DNA from: an uncultured Eubacteriales bacterium
GTDB taxonomy: Bacteria > Acidobacteriota > Aminicenantia > Aminicenantales > UBA8522
DNA: 64,000 nucleotides
Direction: 5' to 3'
NCBI GenBank assembly: GCA_964580435.1
Contig: CAZOKP010000003.1
Coordinates: 3,967 to 67,966 of the forward strand
Of the stretch, positions 1 to 9,350 are shown one piece after another (position 1 is the stretch's first letter; each line of letters opens with the position of its first letter). The position numbers and the translations under genes were made by a program. Below the pieces are notes generated by a model. That model did not search any database. It was not told the DNA's origin and saw nothing but the letters and a program-made list of their open reading frames with translations.

Positions 1-51
1 CGAGAACTATCAAGATGGCTATAAGCAAAATGTAGAAGTGCGTCTTTTTCA

Positions 52-2826
52 TCAGCTCATCTTTCGGACCACATCTTCGCAGCGCGCGCAGAACTGGGGA
101 TAGTCGCTGCTTTTCCCTACGTAGGTCGAATAGTTCCAGCAGCGCTGACACTTCTCTCCAGGCGCCCTGGATACTTGAACGCCAAGCTCCGCTCCAGCGC
201 CGGGTTCAAGGACGACGCGGGAAACGATAAAAAGCGAGGCGAGGTCGCCTTTGTATTTCTGAGCCAGATTCCAGTCAGAAGAGGGGACCTTAAGGCCAAC
301 CTGAGCTTCAAGAGAGTTGCCGATGAGCTTCTCTTCCCTCGCCTTCTCCATCTCCTTGAGGACGGCCTCGCGCCAGACGAGAAGCCTTTCCATTTCCTGG
401 CTGAGGTCCGACTCCAGCCATTTTTCCTTGAAAGTTGGGAATGTCTCGAAGTGCACGGATTCCTCTTTGCCTTTAAAGGGAGGCATGCTTTCCCAGGCTT
501 CCTCTGTGGTGAACGAGAGGATCGGAGCCATCAGGATGAGCGTATTCCTGAGGACATGGAAAAGGGCCGTCTGAGCGGATTTCCGCAGGAGTGAACCCTT
601 GGCCGAGCAATACAGCCTATCTTTGAGCACATCCAGATAAAAAGAGCTGAGGTCCACCGTGAAAAAATTATAGATGGAGTGGAAGATAACATGATATTCA
701 TATTCGTCATAAGCCCGGAGAATTCTTTGGCCGACCTCAGCAGTTTTTTCCATAATCCAGCGGTCAAGAAGAAGCATCTCTTCCTTTTTGACGGTCTCCC
801 GATCCGGCAGGAAATCATGAATGTTCCCCAGGATAAACCGCCATGTGTTCCTGATCTTCCGGTAGGCCTCGACGAGCCTCTGGTGGATTTCGTTCCCGAA
901 CTTGGTATCCTCCTTGAAATTGAGCATAGCCACCCAGAGCCTTAAGACCTCTGCGCCGCTCTGGGAGATGACCTCTTCGGGCTCGATGAAGTTGCCCAGG
1001 GACTTCGACATGGCCCTCCCCTGCTCATCCAGCATGAATCCATGGGTGATGCACGTTTTATAGGGCGACCGGCCTTCGACGCCGACACCGATAAAAAGGG
1101 AGCTGTTGAACCAGCCGCGATGCTGGTCATGGCCTTCAATGTAGACATCCGCGGGCCAGGGTAGGTCGGGTCTTTTTCCAAGCACGGCATGGCTTGTTCC
1201 CGATTCGAACCAGACATCAAGGATATTGTTTTCTTTATCGAACTTCTGGGAACCGCACTGCGGGCACCGGGTTCCCGGCGGCAGGATTTCTGCAGCGTCT
1301 ATCTTGAACCAGGAATTGGAGCCTTCGCGGGAGAAGATTTCGGCAACTCGCAGAGTGATATCTTCCGAAGCCAGAATATGGCTGCAGGAATGGCAGTAGA
1401 AGGCCGGGATAGGAATGCCCCAGCTACGCTGACGGGAGATGCACCAGTCGGGACGGCCGCTTACCATGCCGGCGATCCTTTCCTCTCCCCAGGGCGGAAT
1501 CCAGCGCACTTTCTTAATCTCCTCCAGGGCCTTTTTCTTCAGGTCGCTCTTGTCCATCGAGATGAACCACTGAGCGGTGGCGCGGAAAATGACGGGGTTC
1601 TTGCAGCGCCAGCAATGAGGATAGGAATGGGTGATGACTCCTTCCTTGAGAAGCGTCCCGTCCTTCTTCATGTCCTCGGTGATCACGCGGTTGGCGTCAA
1701 AGACATTTTTGCCCCCATATCGTTCCACCTGGGGGATGAACTTCCCTTCGTTATCGACAGGGGTATAGATCTCCAATTTATAGGCCAGCCCGGTCAGGTA
1801 GTCTTCCTGTCCATGCCCAGGCGCCGTGTGAACGCATCCCGTCCCGTCCTCCAGGGTCACGTAACCAGCAAGAACAAGCAGCGATTCGCGGTCGATCCAG
1901 GGATGGCGCGCCTTCAGTCCCTCCATCTCCTTCCCCTGAAACGTGGCCAGAACATTGCGGTCTCGGAGCCCCAGCTCCTCGGCCACAACGGGGAGAAGCC
2001 TCTTGGCAACAATATAAACTTCATCCCCCGCTTCAAAGGCGACGTATTCATACTCCGGATGGAAGGCGATAGCCAGGTTCGCCGGAAGCGTCCAAGGAGT
2101 AGTCGTCCAGATGATGATGGAGACCTTCTTCCCGGCAAGAGCGGGATATTTGGCTGACAGGTCAGAAACGAGAGGGAACTTCACGTAGATCGAGGGCGAA
2201 GAGCGGTCTTTGTATTCGATTTCCGCTTCAGCCAGGGCGGTCTGGCAATGGGGACACCAGTGAACCGGCCGCAGGCCCTTATAAACATTCCCCGAACCGA
2301 AAAAGGCGGCCAAGTGCTTCAGGACGTCGGCCTCGTATTCCGGGTCCATGGTCAAATAGGGCTTGTGCCACTCGCCGAAGACGCCCAACCTGATGAACTC
2401 CTCTCTCTGGATATCGATGAACTTGAGGGCGTATTTCCTGCATTCTTCCCGGACCTCCATGATGGAAAGTTTCTTTTTTTTCGCCCCTAAGAGCTGGTCC
2501 ACCCTGATCTCGATCGGGAGGCCGTGACAATCCCAGCCGGGGAGATAAGGCGAAAGATAGCCCTGCATCGTCTTGGTCTTGACGATGAAATCCTTTAGGA
2601 TCTTGTTCAGAGCCGTGCCCAGGTGGATTCTTCCGTTGGCATAGGGAGGTCCGTCGTGGAGAATGAAAGTCGGTGCCTTCTCCCTTTTTTTCAGGATCTT
2701 TTTGTAAAGGCCCATCTTGTCCCATTTCTTGAGGATCTCGGGCTCCTTCTGGGCTAGCTTCGCCTTCATAGAAAACGAGGTCTGGGGAAGGTTCAGTGTG
2801 CTCTTAAGATCAAATTCTTCGGCCAT
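52..2826 (-). CDS. ileS: Isoleucine--tRNA ligase (class I aaRS, 924 aa)
   Basis: Full-length ORF. N-terminal MAEEFDLKSTLNLPQTSF...HDGPPYANG (HIGH-like) and a KMSKS region. Size and architecture are typical of bacterial IleRS with a C-terminal Zn-binding Cys cluster (CQRCWNYS...CARC). Confidence 0.95.
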   Translation of the reverse strand: MAEEFDLKSTLNLPQTSFSMKAKLAQKEPEILKKWDKMGLYKKILKKREKAPTFILHDGPPYANGRIHLGTALNKILKDFIVKTKTMQGYLSPYLPGWDCHGLPIEIRVDQLLGAKKKKLSIMEVREECRKYALKFIDIQREEFIRLGVFGEWHKPYLTMDPEYEADVLKHLAAFFGSGNVYKGLRPVHWCPHCQTALAEAEIEYKDRSSPSIYVKFPLVSDLSAKYPALAGKKVSIIIWTTTPWTLPANLAIAFHPEYEYVAFEAGDEVYIVAKRLLPVVAEELGLRDRNVLATFQGKEMEGLKARHPWIDRESLLVLAGYVTLEDGTGCVHTAPGHGQEDYLTGLAYKLEIYTPVDNEGKFIPQVERYGGKNVFDANRVITEDMKKDGTLLKEGVITHSYPHCWRCKNPVIFRATAQWFISMDKSDLKKKALEEIKKVRWIPPWGEERIAGMVSGRPDWCISRQRSWGIPIPAFYCHSCSHILASEDITLRVAEIFSREGSNSWFKIDAAEILPPGTRCPQCGSQKFDKENNILDVWFESGTSHAVLGKRPDLPWPADVYIEGHDQHRGWFNSSLFIGVGVEGRSPYKTCITHGFMLDEQGRAMSKSLGNFIEPEEVISQSGAEVLRLWVAMLNFKEDTKFGNEIHQRLVEAYRKIRNTWRFILGNIHDFLPDRETVKKEEMLLLDRWIMEKTAEVGQRILRAYDEYEYHVIFHSIYNFFTVDLSSFYLDVLKDRLYCSAKGSLLRKSAQTALFHVLRNTLILMAPILSFTTEEAWESMPPFKGKEESVHFETFPTFKEKWLESDLSQEMERLLVWREAVLKEMEKAREEKLIGNSLEAQVGLKVPSSDWNLAQKYKGDLASLFIVSRVVLEPGAGAELGVQVSRAPGEKCQRCWNYSTYVGKSSDYPQFCARCEDVVRKMS

Positions 2827-3038
2827 CGTGCTCTCCGCAGGCTCTCATTTATTCCGTGATTATAAAACAATCCGTTGAATTTCGCCACCCTTAAGTGTCA
2901 GGAAGACGAGCAGAAACCGTCCGAGTTTTGATAGGAAATCGAAGAGCCTTTATCGTTTCAGAGGGTGGAACAAAGTCCAAGAGACAACACGGGGGAATTC
3001 ACATGATTCCGAAATAACATATTGCTCCCGAAGATGTT

Positions 3039-3074
3039 CTTTAAAACGGAAAAAGGCCGCCATCGCGAGCGGCC
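3039..3074 (-). terminator. Rho-independent terminator downstream of nadB
   Basis: On the minus strand, GGCCGC-tcgcgatg-GCGGCC is followed by UUUUUCCGUUUU immediately after the nadB stop. It separates nadB from the ileS leader. Confidence 0.6.
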
Positions 3075-3079
3075 TTTTT

Positions 3080-4663
3080 TTAATCTTTCCGGAAATGCGC
3101 GCCTTTGCTTACGGGGTTGGCCAGGGCGGCGTGGGTGATCATCAAAGCCACCTGGATGCCGTGCTTCAGTCCCACCACCTTGGGGTCCATTTTTGCTTCT
3201 CTATAGAACTTTTCGATCCGGTGACAAAGATATTCCAGGTCGGCCTTAGCCCTTTCCAGCCTCTTCCTGGTGCGGATGATTCCGGCGTAGTTCCACATCG
3301 TCGACTTGATTGACAGCCAATCCTGGTTGACTAAAGCGGGGTCGATCGCCTCTTCTTTTTCCGGATAGTACCAGGGATGGATCTCCGAAGGCTTGTAGGG
3401 AAGCGTCGGATCGAAATGGTCGGCGATGTCCTGGGCCGATCGCGTCCCCCATACCAGCCCCTCAAGAAGGGATGTTGAAGCCAGACGATTGGCTCCATGA
3501 ACACCCGTGCAGGAGACTTCTCCGACCGCATAAAGGCCCCGAAGCGAGCTCTTTCCCCAGGTGTCAACTAGCACTCCGCCACAGCAATAGTGGGCGGCGG
3601 GCACAACAGGAATAGGCTCCTTGGTTATATCGATATCGTATTGAAGGCAGGTTCGATAGATGTTCGGGAATCTTTTCTTGATATCGAACTTAGCGTAAGA
3701 AGCCAGGTCGAGCAGGACATAACTCGAATTGCTGTTGGTCATCTCCTCATATATCGCCCGAGTCACTTCGTCGCGCGGGGCCAAGTCTTTCTTCTCGCTG
3801 TATTTCTCCATGAAAGTCCGGCCTTCCTTTGTCTTCAAGCGGGCCCCTTCACCCCGCACCGTCTCGGAAATCAGGAAGCTGTCAGCATCCCGGTGAAAAA
3901 GAGCGGTCGGATGGAACTGGATATACTCCATATTGACGATCCGGGCGCCGGACCTGTGGGCCATGGCGTACCCTGCTCCGATCGCCTCGGCCGGGTTAGA
4001 CGTATAAAGGAACACTGCCCCGCAGCCTCCCGTCGCCAAAATTGTATACGGAGCAAAAAAGGTCTTGACCAGACTGGTCTTTTTATCGAGGACATAAGCC
4101 CCGATGCATTGGGGTTCACGATAGTAGGCCATGAGATTTTTAGAGTGATGAGGAACAGTCAGCAAATCGACGGCAGTATGGCCAGCAAAGAGAGTCACGT
4201 TGGTGTATTTCCGGAGCGCCTCGACGAATTTTTCCTCTATAGTCCTCCCCGTCGTGTCTTTGACGTGAAGGATGCGCCTTCTCGAATGGCCGCCCTCCTG
4301 GGCATAATCCAGGGCATCCGGGCTGCTTTTCTCGAATGGAATCTGAAGCTCTCCGATGAGGATGTTTTCAACCAGCTCCCTGCCCTGCCGGGCCAACACC
4401 TCTACGGATTCGGGGTTGTTGATCCCATCACCCGTTTTAATGATGTCCTCTTTCAAGATTTCGGGGCGGTCGTCCAGGCCTAGCGAGACGATTCCGCCCT
4501 GGGCATAGTACGTATTCGACTCTTCCGGCTTCGACGACTGGGTGATGATGTTCACTCGGAAGCCCCGCTTAGCGGCCTCAAGAGCGGCGCTGGCCCCGGC
4601 GATACCGCAGCCGATGACCAGGACGTCCGACCGGAATACTTTTTCTTCGGCTATCGTTTTCAT
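3080..4663 (-). CDS. nadB: L-aspartate oxidase (FAD-dependent, SdhA/FrdA-like flavoprotein)
   Basis: N-terminal dinucleotide fold VLVIGCGIAGASAALEAAKRG. The ORF is 527 aa. It overlaps nadC by 4 nt (operon). Confidence 0.85.
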   Translation of the reverse strand: MKTIAEEKVFRSDVLVIGCGIAGASAALEAAKRGFRVNIITQSSKPEESNTYYAQGGIVSLGLDDRPEILKEDIIKTGDGINNPESVEVLARQGRELVENILIGELQIPFEKSSPDALDYAQEGGHSRRRILHVKDTTGRTIEEKFVEALRKYTNVTLFAGHTAVDLLTVPHHSKNLMAYYREPQCIGAYVLDKKTSLVKTFFAPYTILATGGCGAVFLYTSNPAEAIGAGYAMAHRSGARIVNMEYIQFHPTALFHRDADSFLISETVRGEGARLKTKEGRTFMEKYSEKKDLAPRDEVTRAIYEEMTNSNSSYVLLDLASYAKFDIKKRFPNIYRTCLQYDIDITKEPIPVVPAAHYCCGGVLVDTWGKSSLRGLYAVGEVSCTGVHGANRLASTSLLEGLVWGTRSAQDIADHFDPTLPYKPSEIHPWYYPEKEEAIDPALVNQDWLSIKSTMWNYAGIIRTRKRLERAKADLEYLCHRIEKFYREAKMDPKVVGLKHGIQVALMITHAALANPVSKGAHFRKD

Positions 4664-5493
4664 TCCATGAACTCCAGGCTGATATCCACAGATGCGAACG
4701 AGTGGGTCAAACTTCCTACGGAAATAAAATCGACGCCGAGAGAGGCGATCCGGCGCGCCCGGCTCAGGGTCACTTTTCCGGAAACTTCCACAGGGACTTT
4801 TCCCTTCACCCAGCCGAGAACCTCCCGCATTTTCTTTAGGGACATGTTATCGAGCATGATCATCGAGGCGCCGGCCTCGACAGCTTCCTTCGCCTCGGCA
4901 AAATTCGTTACTTCGACTTCGATTTTCGTCCCCGGCTTGATGTTTTTCTGGGCCATTCTCACGGCTTCGGTAATGTTTCCCACAAGCCTGAGGTGATTGT
5001 CCTTGAGGAGGACCATGTCGGAGAGGCTCGAGCGATGGTTCTCGCCTCCTCCCATCTTGACGGCATATTTCTCCAGGAAGCGAAGGGTCGGGGTTGTCTT
5101 CCGGGTATCCAGAATTCTGGTTCCTGTGCCGCTGACCGCCTGGACAAATCGTCTGGCCTTGGTGGCGACGCCCGACATCCGCTGGAGGAAATTGAGAGCG
5201 GTGCGCTCGCCCTTCAAAAGAGAAATGGAATTCCCCTTGACCCTGGCCAGAATATCCTGCGGCTTGAAAGCCTGGCCATCTTTAAAAAACCTTTCAAACC
5301 GGGTCTTAGGGTCGAGCTTTTCGAAAACCCTTACGGCCACATCAATCCCGGCGAGGACTCCGGCTTCTTTCGCCACAAGGACCGCCTCGGAGACCGAATC
5401 AGCCGGGATGACGCTTTCAGAGGTTATGTCGCCTTCCGGCATATCCTCCTTAAGGGCCGCCTCGATAATCTCGTCCAACGCACTGATTTTCAT
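4660..5493 (-). CDS. nadC: Nicotinate-nucleotide pyrophosphorylase (quinolinate phosphoribosyltransferase)
   Basis: 277 aa, typical NadC length and motifs (…GGGENHRSSLSDMVLLKDNH…). It is translationally coupled to nadB. Confidence 0.85.
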   Translation of the reverse strand: MKISALDEIIEAALKEDMPEGDITSESVIPADSVSEAVLVAKEAGVLAGIDVAVRVFEKLDPKTRFERFFKDGQAFKPQDILARVKGNSISLLKGERTALNFLQRMSGVATKARRFVQAVSGTGTRILDTRKTTPTLRFLEKYAVKMGGGENHRSSLSDMVLLKDNHLRLVGNITEAVRMAQKNIKPGTKIEVEVTNFAEAKEAVEAGASMIMLDNMSLKKMREVLGWVKGKVPVEVSGKVTLSRARRIASLGVDFISVGSLTHSFASVDISLEFME

Positions 5494-5552
5494 TGACTAT
5501 GATTATAAGGAGAGGAGGCAGGACAGTCAAACTCAACTCGGATATTGTAAGC

Positions 5553-5827
5553 ATCTCCGTTTCCGTGATCATTTTGGTTTGGAATAGGGGCCTGCCACGT
5601 CTTACCCCCCGACGAGGATCGGGAGATGTGGCTCGAAGTCACGCCGCGATTTCCCCAGCGAGGAAATCTTGCTCGATTCGCTCCTCGCTCTCCTCTTCGA
5701 GGAACCGTGCCCGCTCGTCGCTCATACGGACTTCTTACCACATCATCCCTCCCCTTATCCCCCGGGCGGGGACTACCGCCGTGTCACCTTCCCTGGATCA
5801 TCGCCTCAATATCACGGAAACGGAGAT
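5553..5827. repeat. 17-bp perfect inverted repeat (TCTCCGTTTCCGTGAT / ATCACGGAAACGGAGAT) bracketing a 241-nt noncoding segment
   Basis: Arms are at 5553-5569 and 5811-5827 in the nadC-cobO intergenic region. Only short spurious ORFs lie inside. Confidence 0.6.
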
Positions 5828-5918
5828 CCGTCCTCGGAAATGGAGATGGGTATCGGGAGGGACCTCACCCTCAATAATATGTTGACTGGATAGCCAGCTG
5901 CGATAAAATAGGGGCATC

Positions 5919-6452
5919 ATGGCCGAAAAATTTAGGGGTTACGTTCAGGTTTACACCGGAAACGGTAAGGGTAAGACCACGGCGGCTCTCGGGCTGGCGC
6001 TCCGCGCCGCGGGATACGGCTGGAGAGTTTATGTCGGACAATTCCTCAAAGGACAAAATTACGGTGAGCTCGTATCGGTCAGCAAGCTGGCTCCGCTCAT
6101 CAAGATCGAGCAATTCGGCCGGAAAGGGTTTATCCACGTGACCGACAACCCGGAAGACGAGGACATCGACAGGGCCAAAAAGGGGCTCCAGAAGTGCCTC
6201 AAAGCGATGCTGTCCCGGAAATACAGGATTATCGTCCTGGATGAGATCAATGTCGCTCTCCATTTTCGACTCCTCACCGAGAAGGAAGTCCATGATTTTC
6301 TTGCCCAAAGACCCGAGGACATTGAGGTCGTCCTGACCGGCCGGTATGCCCCTCCCTCGGTTATAAGATCGGCGGATTTGGTCACCGAGATGAAGGAGAA
6401 AAAACACTATTATTCCAAAGGCGTCAGGGCCAGGCTGGGAATCGAGAAATGA
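5919..6452 (+). CDS. cobO: Cob(I)yrinic acid a,c-diamide adenosyltransferase (corrinoid adenosyltransferase, CobA/CobO/BtuR family)
   Basis: P-loop-like YTGNGKGKTTAALGLALRAAG, 177 aa. A strong family signature runs through the C-terminus (…VVLTGRYAP…). Confidence 0.85.
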   Translation: MAEKFRGYVQVYTGNGKGKTTAALGLALRAAGYGWRVYVGQFLKGQNYGELVSVSKLAPLIKIEQFGRKGFIHVTDNPEDEDIDRAKKGLQKCLKAMLSRKYRIIVLDEINVALHFRLLTEKEVHDFLAQRPEDIEVVLTGRYAPPSVIRSADLVTEMKEKKHYYSKGVRARLGIEK

Positions 6453-6478
6453 ACCGGTGAGGTGGACTGCGGAACCCT

Positions 6479-6844
6479 ATGGAGAAAGAAAAATTCGAGA
6501 AATTGGCGGAAGAAGCGCTCACTGACCTCCCCAAAACATTTAAAAAATATCTTCAAAACGTCGCCATTATTGTCGAAGACTACCCCTCAAAAGAGACGCG
6601 GTCCCGGACGGGCACTCCTTCCTATGCCACGCTTTTGGGGCTCTATCACGGCGTTCCTTTCAAACACCGCGGACCTTTTTACGGCAATACTCCGCCCGAT
6701 GTGATTGTTCTCTACCAGAGACCGATCGAAAATCTGTGCTTCACGGAGGAGGAGATCAAAGAAAAAGTCAAAGAAGTCCTGTTGCATGAAGTCGGGCATT
6801 ACTTCGGCCTGAGCGAAAAGGAGCTGAGAAAAATTGAGAAATAA
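6479..6844 (+). CDS. Zincin-like minimal metallopeptidase family protein
   Basis: 121 aa with an HEVGH (HExxH) motif near the C-terminus, typical of the small zincin-like (PF06262-type) family. Confidence 0.6.
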   Translation: MEKEKFEKLAEEALTDLPKTFKKYLQNVAIIVEDYPSKETRSRTGTPSYATLLGLYHGVPFKHRGPFYGNTPPDVIVLYQRPIENLCFTEEEIKEKVKEVLLHEVGHYFGLSEKELRKIEK

Positions 6845-7790
6845 ACCAAAAAAGCCGCCGGAGAAGGACGTAGGAGAGAGCTTCCGAGGCATTTTTGCCG
6901 CCTTGACCACGCCGTTTGTCGGAGAGAAGATTTCTTGCGAAAAGCTCAGGGAAAACATCAAGAGGTACAACCAGACCGACCTTTCAGGATACGTTGTTCT
7001 CGGGTCGACCGGGGAGGCCGTTTTTCTGAGCGACAAAGAATCGGATCAGCTCGTGGCGGAAGCCAAGGCGTCGACCGCAACCGGGAAAAAAATAATCGTC
7101 GGCACGGCGCGGGAGTCGACGGCCCAGACCATCGAGTTCACCAACCGAGTCGCTGAATTTGGCGCGGATGCCGCCCTGATCAAGCCTCCGTATTATTACA
7201 AATCCACCATGAACCAGGATGCTCTCAAAGATCATTTCCTCCGCATCGCCGAAAGGTCCAAACTGCCCGTTCTCCTCTACAATATTCCCCAGAACACGGG
7301 GATTTCCATTAATCCGCCTCTCGTGATCGAGCTCTCGCTTCATCCCAACATCGCGGGCATCAAAGATAGCTCGGGCAACCTAGCCAATCTCGTCGAGGTG
7401 CTTCCTCACGCGAGACAAGGGTTTGCTTTTCTTCTGGGAGCAGGGAGCCTTCTTTGGCCGGGACTTCTGCTGGGCGCAAGCGGCGGCATTTTGGCCATGG
7501 CCGCTGCCGTTCCCGAGCTTTGCGCCAGGCTTTATGAGTTATTTCGCGCCGGACGCACAGAGGAGGCAAAGAAGTTGCAGCTTGATCTCGTCCCTCTCAA
7601 TAAAGCCCTCACCCAGACCATGGGAATCCCGGCGATCAAATACGCTCTTGACCTAATGGGGTACTATGGTGGGCCTGCCCGCCTGCCCCTCCAGCCCCTG
7701 AAGGAGAATGAGAAAAAACAGGTTGAGGCCCTCCTTGGGAAACTCATCCTGGCGGACAGCCGATCACCCGGGAAAAAGAGGCGTCCGTGA
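6834..7790 (+). CDS. Dihydrodipicolinate synthase/N-acetylneuraminate lyase family protein (DapA-like class I aldolase)
   Basis: GIFAALTTPF…GYVVLGSTGEAVFLSDKE… pattern, ~300 aa TIM-barrel lyase family. The exact substrate cannot be assigned. Confidence 0.7.
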   Translation: MRNKPKKPPEKDVGESFRGIFAALTTPFVGEKISCEKLRENIKRYNQTDLSGYVVLGSTGEAVFLSDKESDQLVAEAKASTATGKKIIVGTARESTAQTIEFTNRVAEFGADAALIKPPYYYKSTMNQDALKDHFLRIAERSKLPVLLYNIPQNTGISINPPLVIELSLHPNIAGIKDSSGNLANLVEVLPHARQGFAFLLGAGSLLWPGLLLGASGGILAMAAAVPELCARLYELFRAGRTEEAKKLQLDLVPLNKALTQTMGIPAIKYALDLMGYYGGPARLPLQPLKENEKKQVEALLGKLILADSRSPGKKRRP

Positions 7791-8995
7791 GACGAGAATT
7801 CCTAAAAGCCCTGGCCTGGGGAAGTCTTTCGGCCTTCTCCGCTCTGCCCAAATTTCTATCAGCCGGACAGACGGACCAAGGGCGGAAAATAAAGGGCGAA
7901 ATGGCCTACCGCCGCCTGGGAAGGACAAATCTATTTATTTCTGAGATCGCCCTTGGCGGAAGCCCCATGCCGGATTGGTCGCTCCTGAGGCAGATCATCG
8001 AGCGCGGCGTGAACTACATTGATTCTTCCTGCTCTTATGATAACGGGAACGCCGAGCGGCAGATCGGCCGCCTTGCAAAAGAGGTCGGCTGGGACAAGAT
8101 CGTCGTGGCTACCAAATTCCATCTCCGGGGGAACTGGAGCGAAGCGACGATCATCCGGTCCGTCGAAGGAAGCCTGGCCCGCCTTGACACGGACTCGATC
8201 GATGTCCTTTCCGTTCACGGCGCTGAGCGCGAAAACGAGCTGGTGGATGAACGAGTGCTCAACGCCTTCGAGAAATTAAAAAAGGAAGGCAAATTCAGGT
8301 TCAGCGGCCTCTCCTGTCACTCCAACCATCAGCACGTGGTCAAGAAGGCCGTCGACTGCGGACGTTATGACATGGTGCAATTAGCCTATAATGTCTTTGA
8401 CATCGTGGAATCGGAGAAAGACGTCAAGACCTACGCGGACTATCTCGGAGCAAGCGGGATCAGGGATCTCGTCGCCTCTGCCGCCTCACGGGATGTCGGC
8501 GTCATCGCCATGAAAGTCCTTAAGACCGGGGGAAGAAGGCAGAATCTGGACAAGTATCGGGCCGGAGCCACATCCCTATATCAGTCCATGTTGAGATGGG
8601 CTTTGGAGAACAAAAACATTTCTTCAGTAGTCACGGAAATGCTAAACCGGGAACAAATGGAAGAGGACCTTGGTGCACCGCAGACATCCCTTTCAGCGGA
8701 AGAACGGAAGAATCTTTTCCGTTATGTGGCTGAAAACAGCCGGGATTATTGCCACATGTGCGGCCTTTGTCAGGCTCGCTGCCCTTTCCGCATCGCGACA
8801 ACAGAGATCCTTCGCTATCTTGCCTATTGCGAAAGCTACGGAAAAAAGGAAGCCGCCAGAAGTGCCTATGCTGAACTTAAGCCGGAGCAGACGGCCCTTG
8901 GCTGCAGGAACTGCGGTTCATGCGAAGAGATCTGTCCTTATGCTGTCCGGGTTAGGCGAAGGATCGGCGAAGCCCACGCCGTTCTGGCGGGCTGA
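7787..8995 (+). CDS. Tat-secreted aldo/keto reductase fused to a C-terminal 4Fe-4S ferredoxin-type domain
   Basis: Twin-arginine signal MRREFLKALAWGSL. An AKR body follows. The C-terminus carries two Cys clusters (CHMCGLCQARCP … CRNCGSCEEICP). Confidence 0.7.
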   Translation: MRREFLKALAWGSLSAFSALPKFLSAGQTDQGRKIKGEMAYRRLGRTNLFISEIALGGSPMPDWSLLRQIIERGVNYIDSSCSYDNGNAERQIGRLAKEVGWDKIVVATKFHLRGNWSEATIIRSVEGSLARLDTDSIDVLSVHGAERENELVDERVLNAFEKLKKEGKFRFSGLSCHSNHQHVVKKAVDCGRYDMVQLAYNVFDIVESEKDVKTYADYLGASGIRDLVASAASRDVGVIAMKVLKTGGRRQNLDKYRAGATSLYQSMLRWALENKNISSVVTEMLNREQMEEDLGAPQTSLSAEERKNLFRYVAENSRDYCHMCGLCQARCPFRIATTEILRYLAYCESYGKKEAARSAYAELKPEQTALGCRNCGSCEEICPYAVRVRRRIGEAHAVLAG

Positions 8996-9029
8996 GCCGG
9001 GTTTCCCAAAAAATCCGGCTAAAAGAAAT

Positions 9030-9300
<271 letters not shown>

Positions 9301-9350
9301 GAACGTATTATATCCTGTCTGGAGAATGAAAATAAAGAGAAATCCTCTGG

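Noticed and set aside
1189-2157. 322-aa plus-strand ORF inside ileS. Similar long antisense ORFs: 3590..4483, 12192..12884, 13854..15188, 20155..21312, 22549..24249, 34932..35975, 38884..39939, 45057..45719, 49648..51132, 53022..53705, 54628..55389.
   Set aside because: They lie entirely within, and antisense to or out of frame with, well-supported genes. They have low-complexity R/P/G-rich translations typical of GC-rich shadow frames. They have no RBS or homology signal.
2827-3038. Canonical T-box riboswitch for ileS
   Set aside because: Only the AGGGUGG heptamer resembles the T-box core. The flanking consensus (ACCGCG) and the stem I features are not evident. It is kept only as a low-interest leader observation.
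5494-5918. Cobalamin riboswitch upstream of cobO
   Set aside because: No convincing B12 box or conserved cobalamin-riboswitch core was found. The region is instead dominated by a 17-bp inverted repeat.
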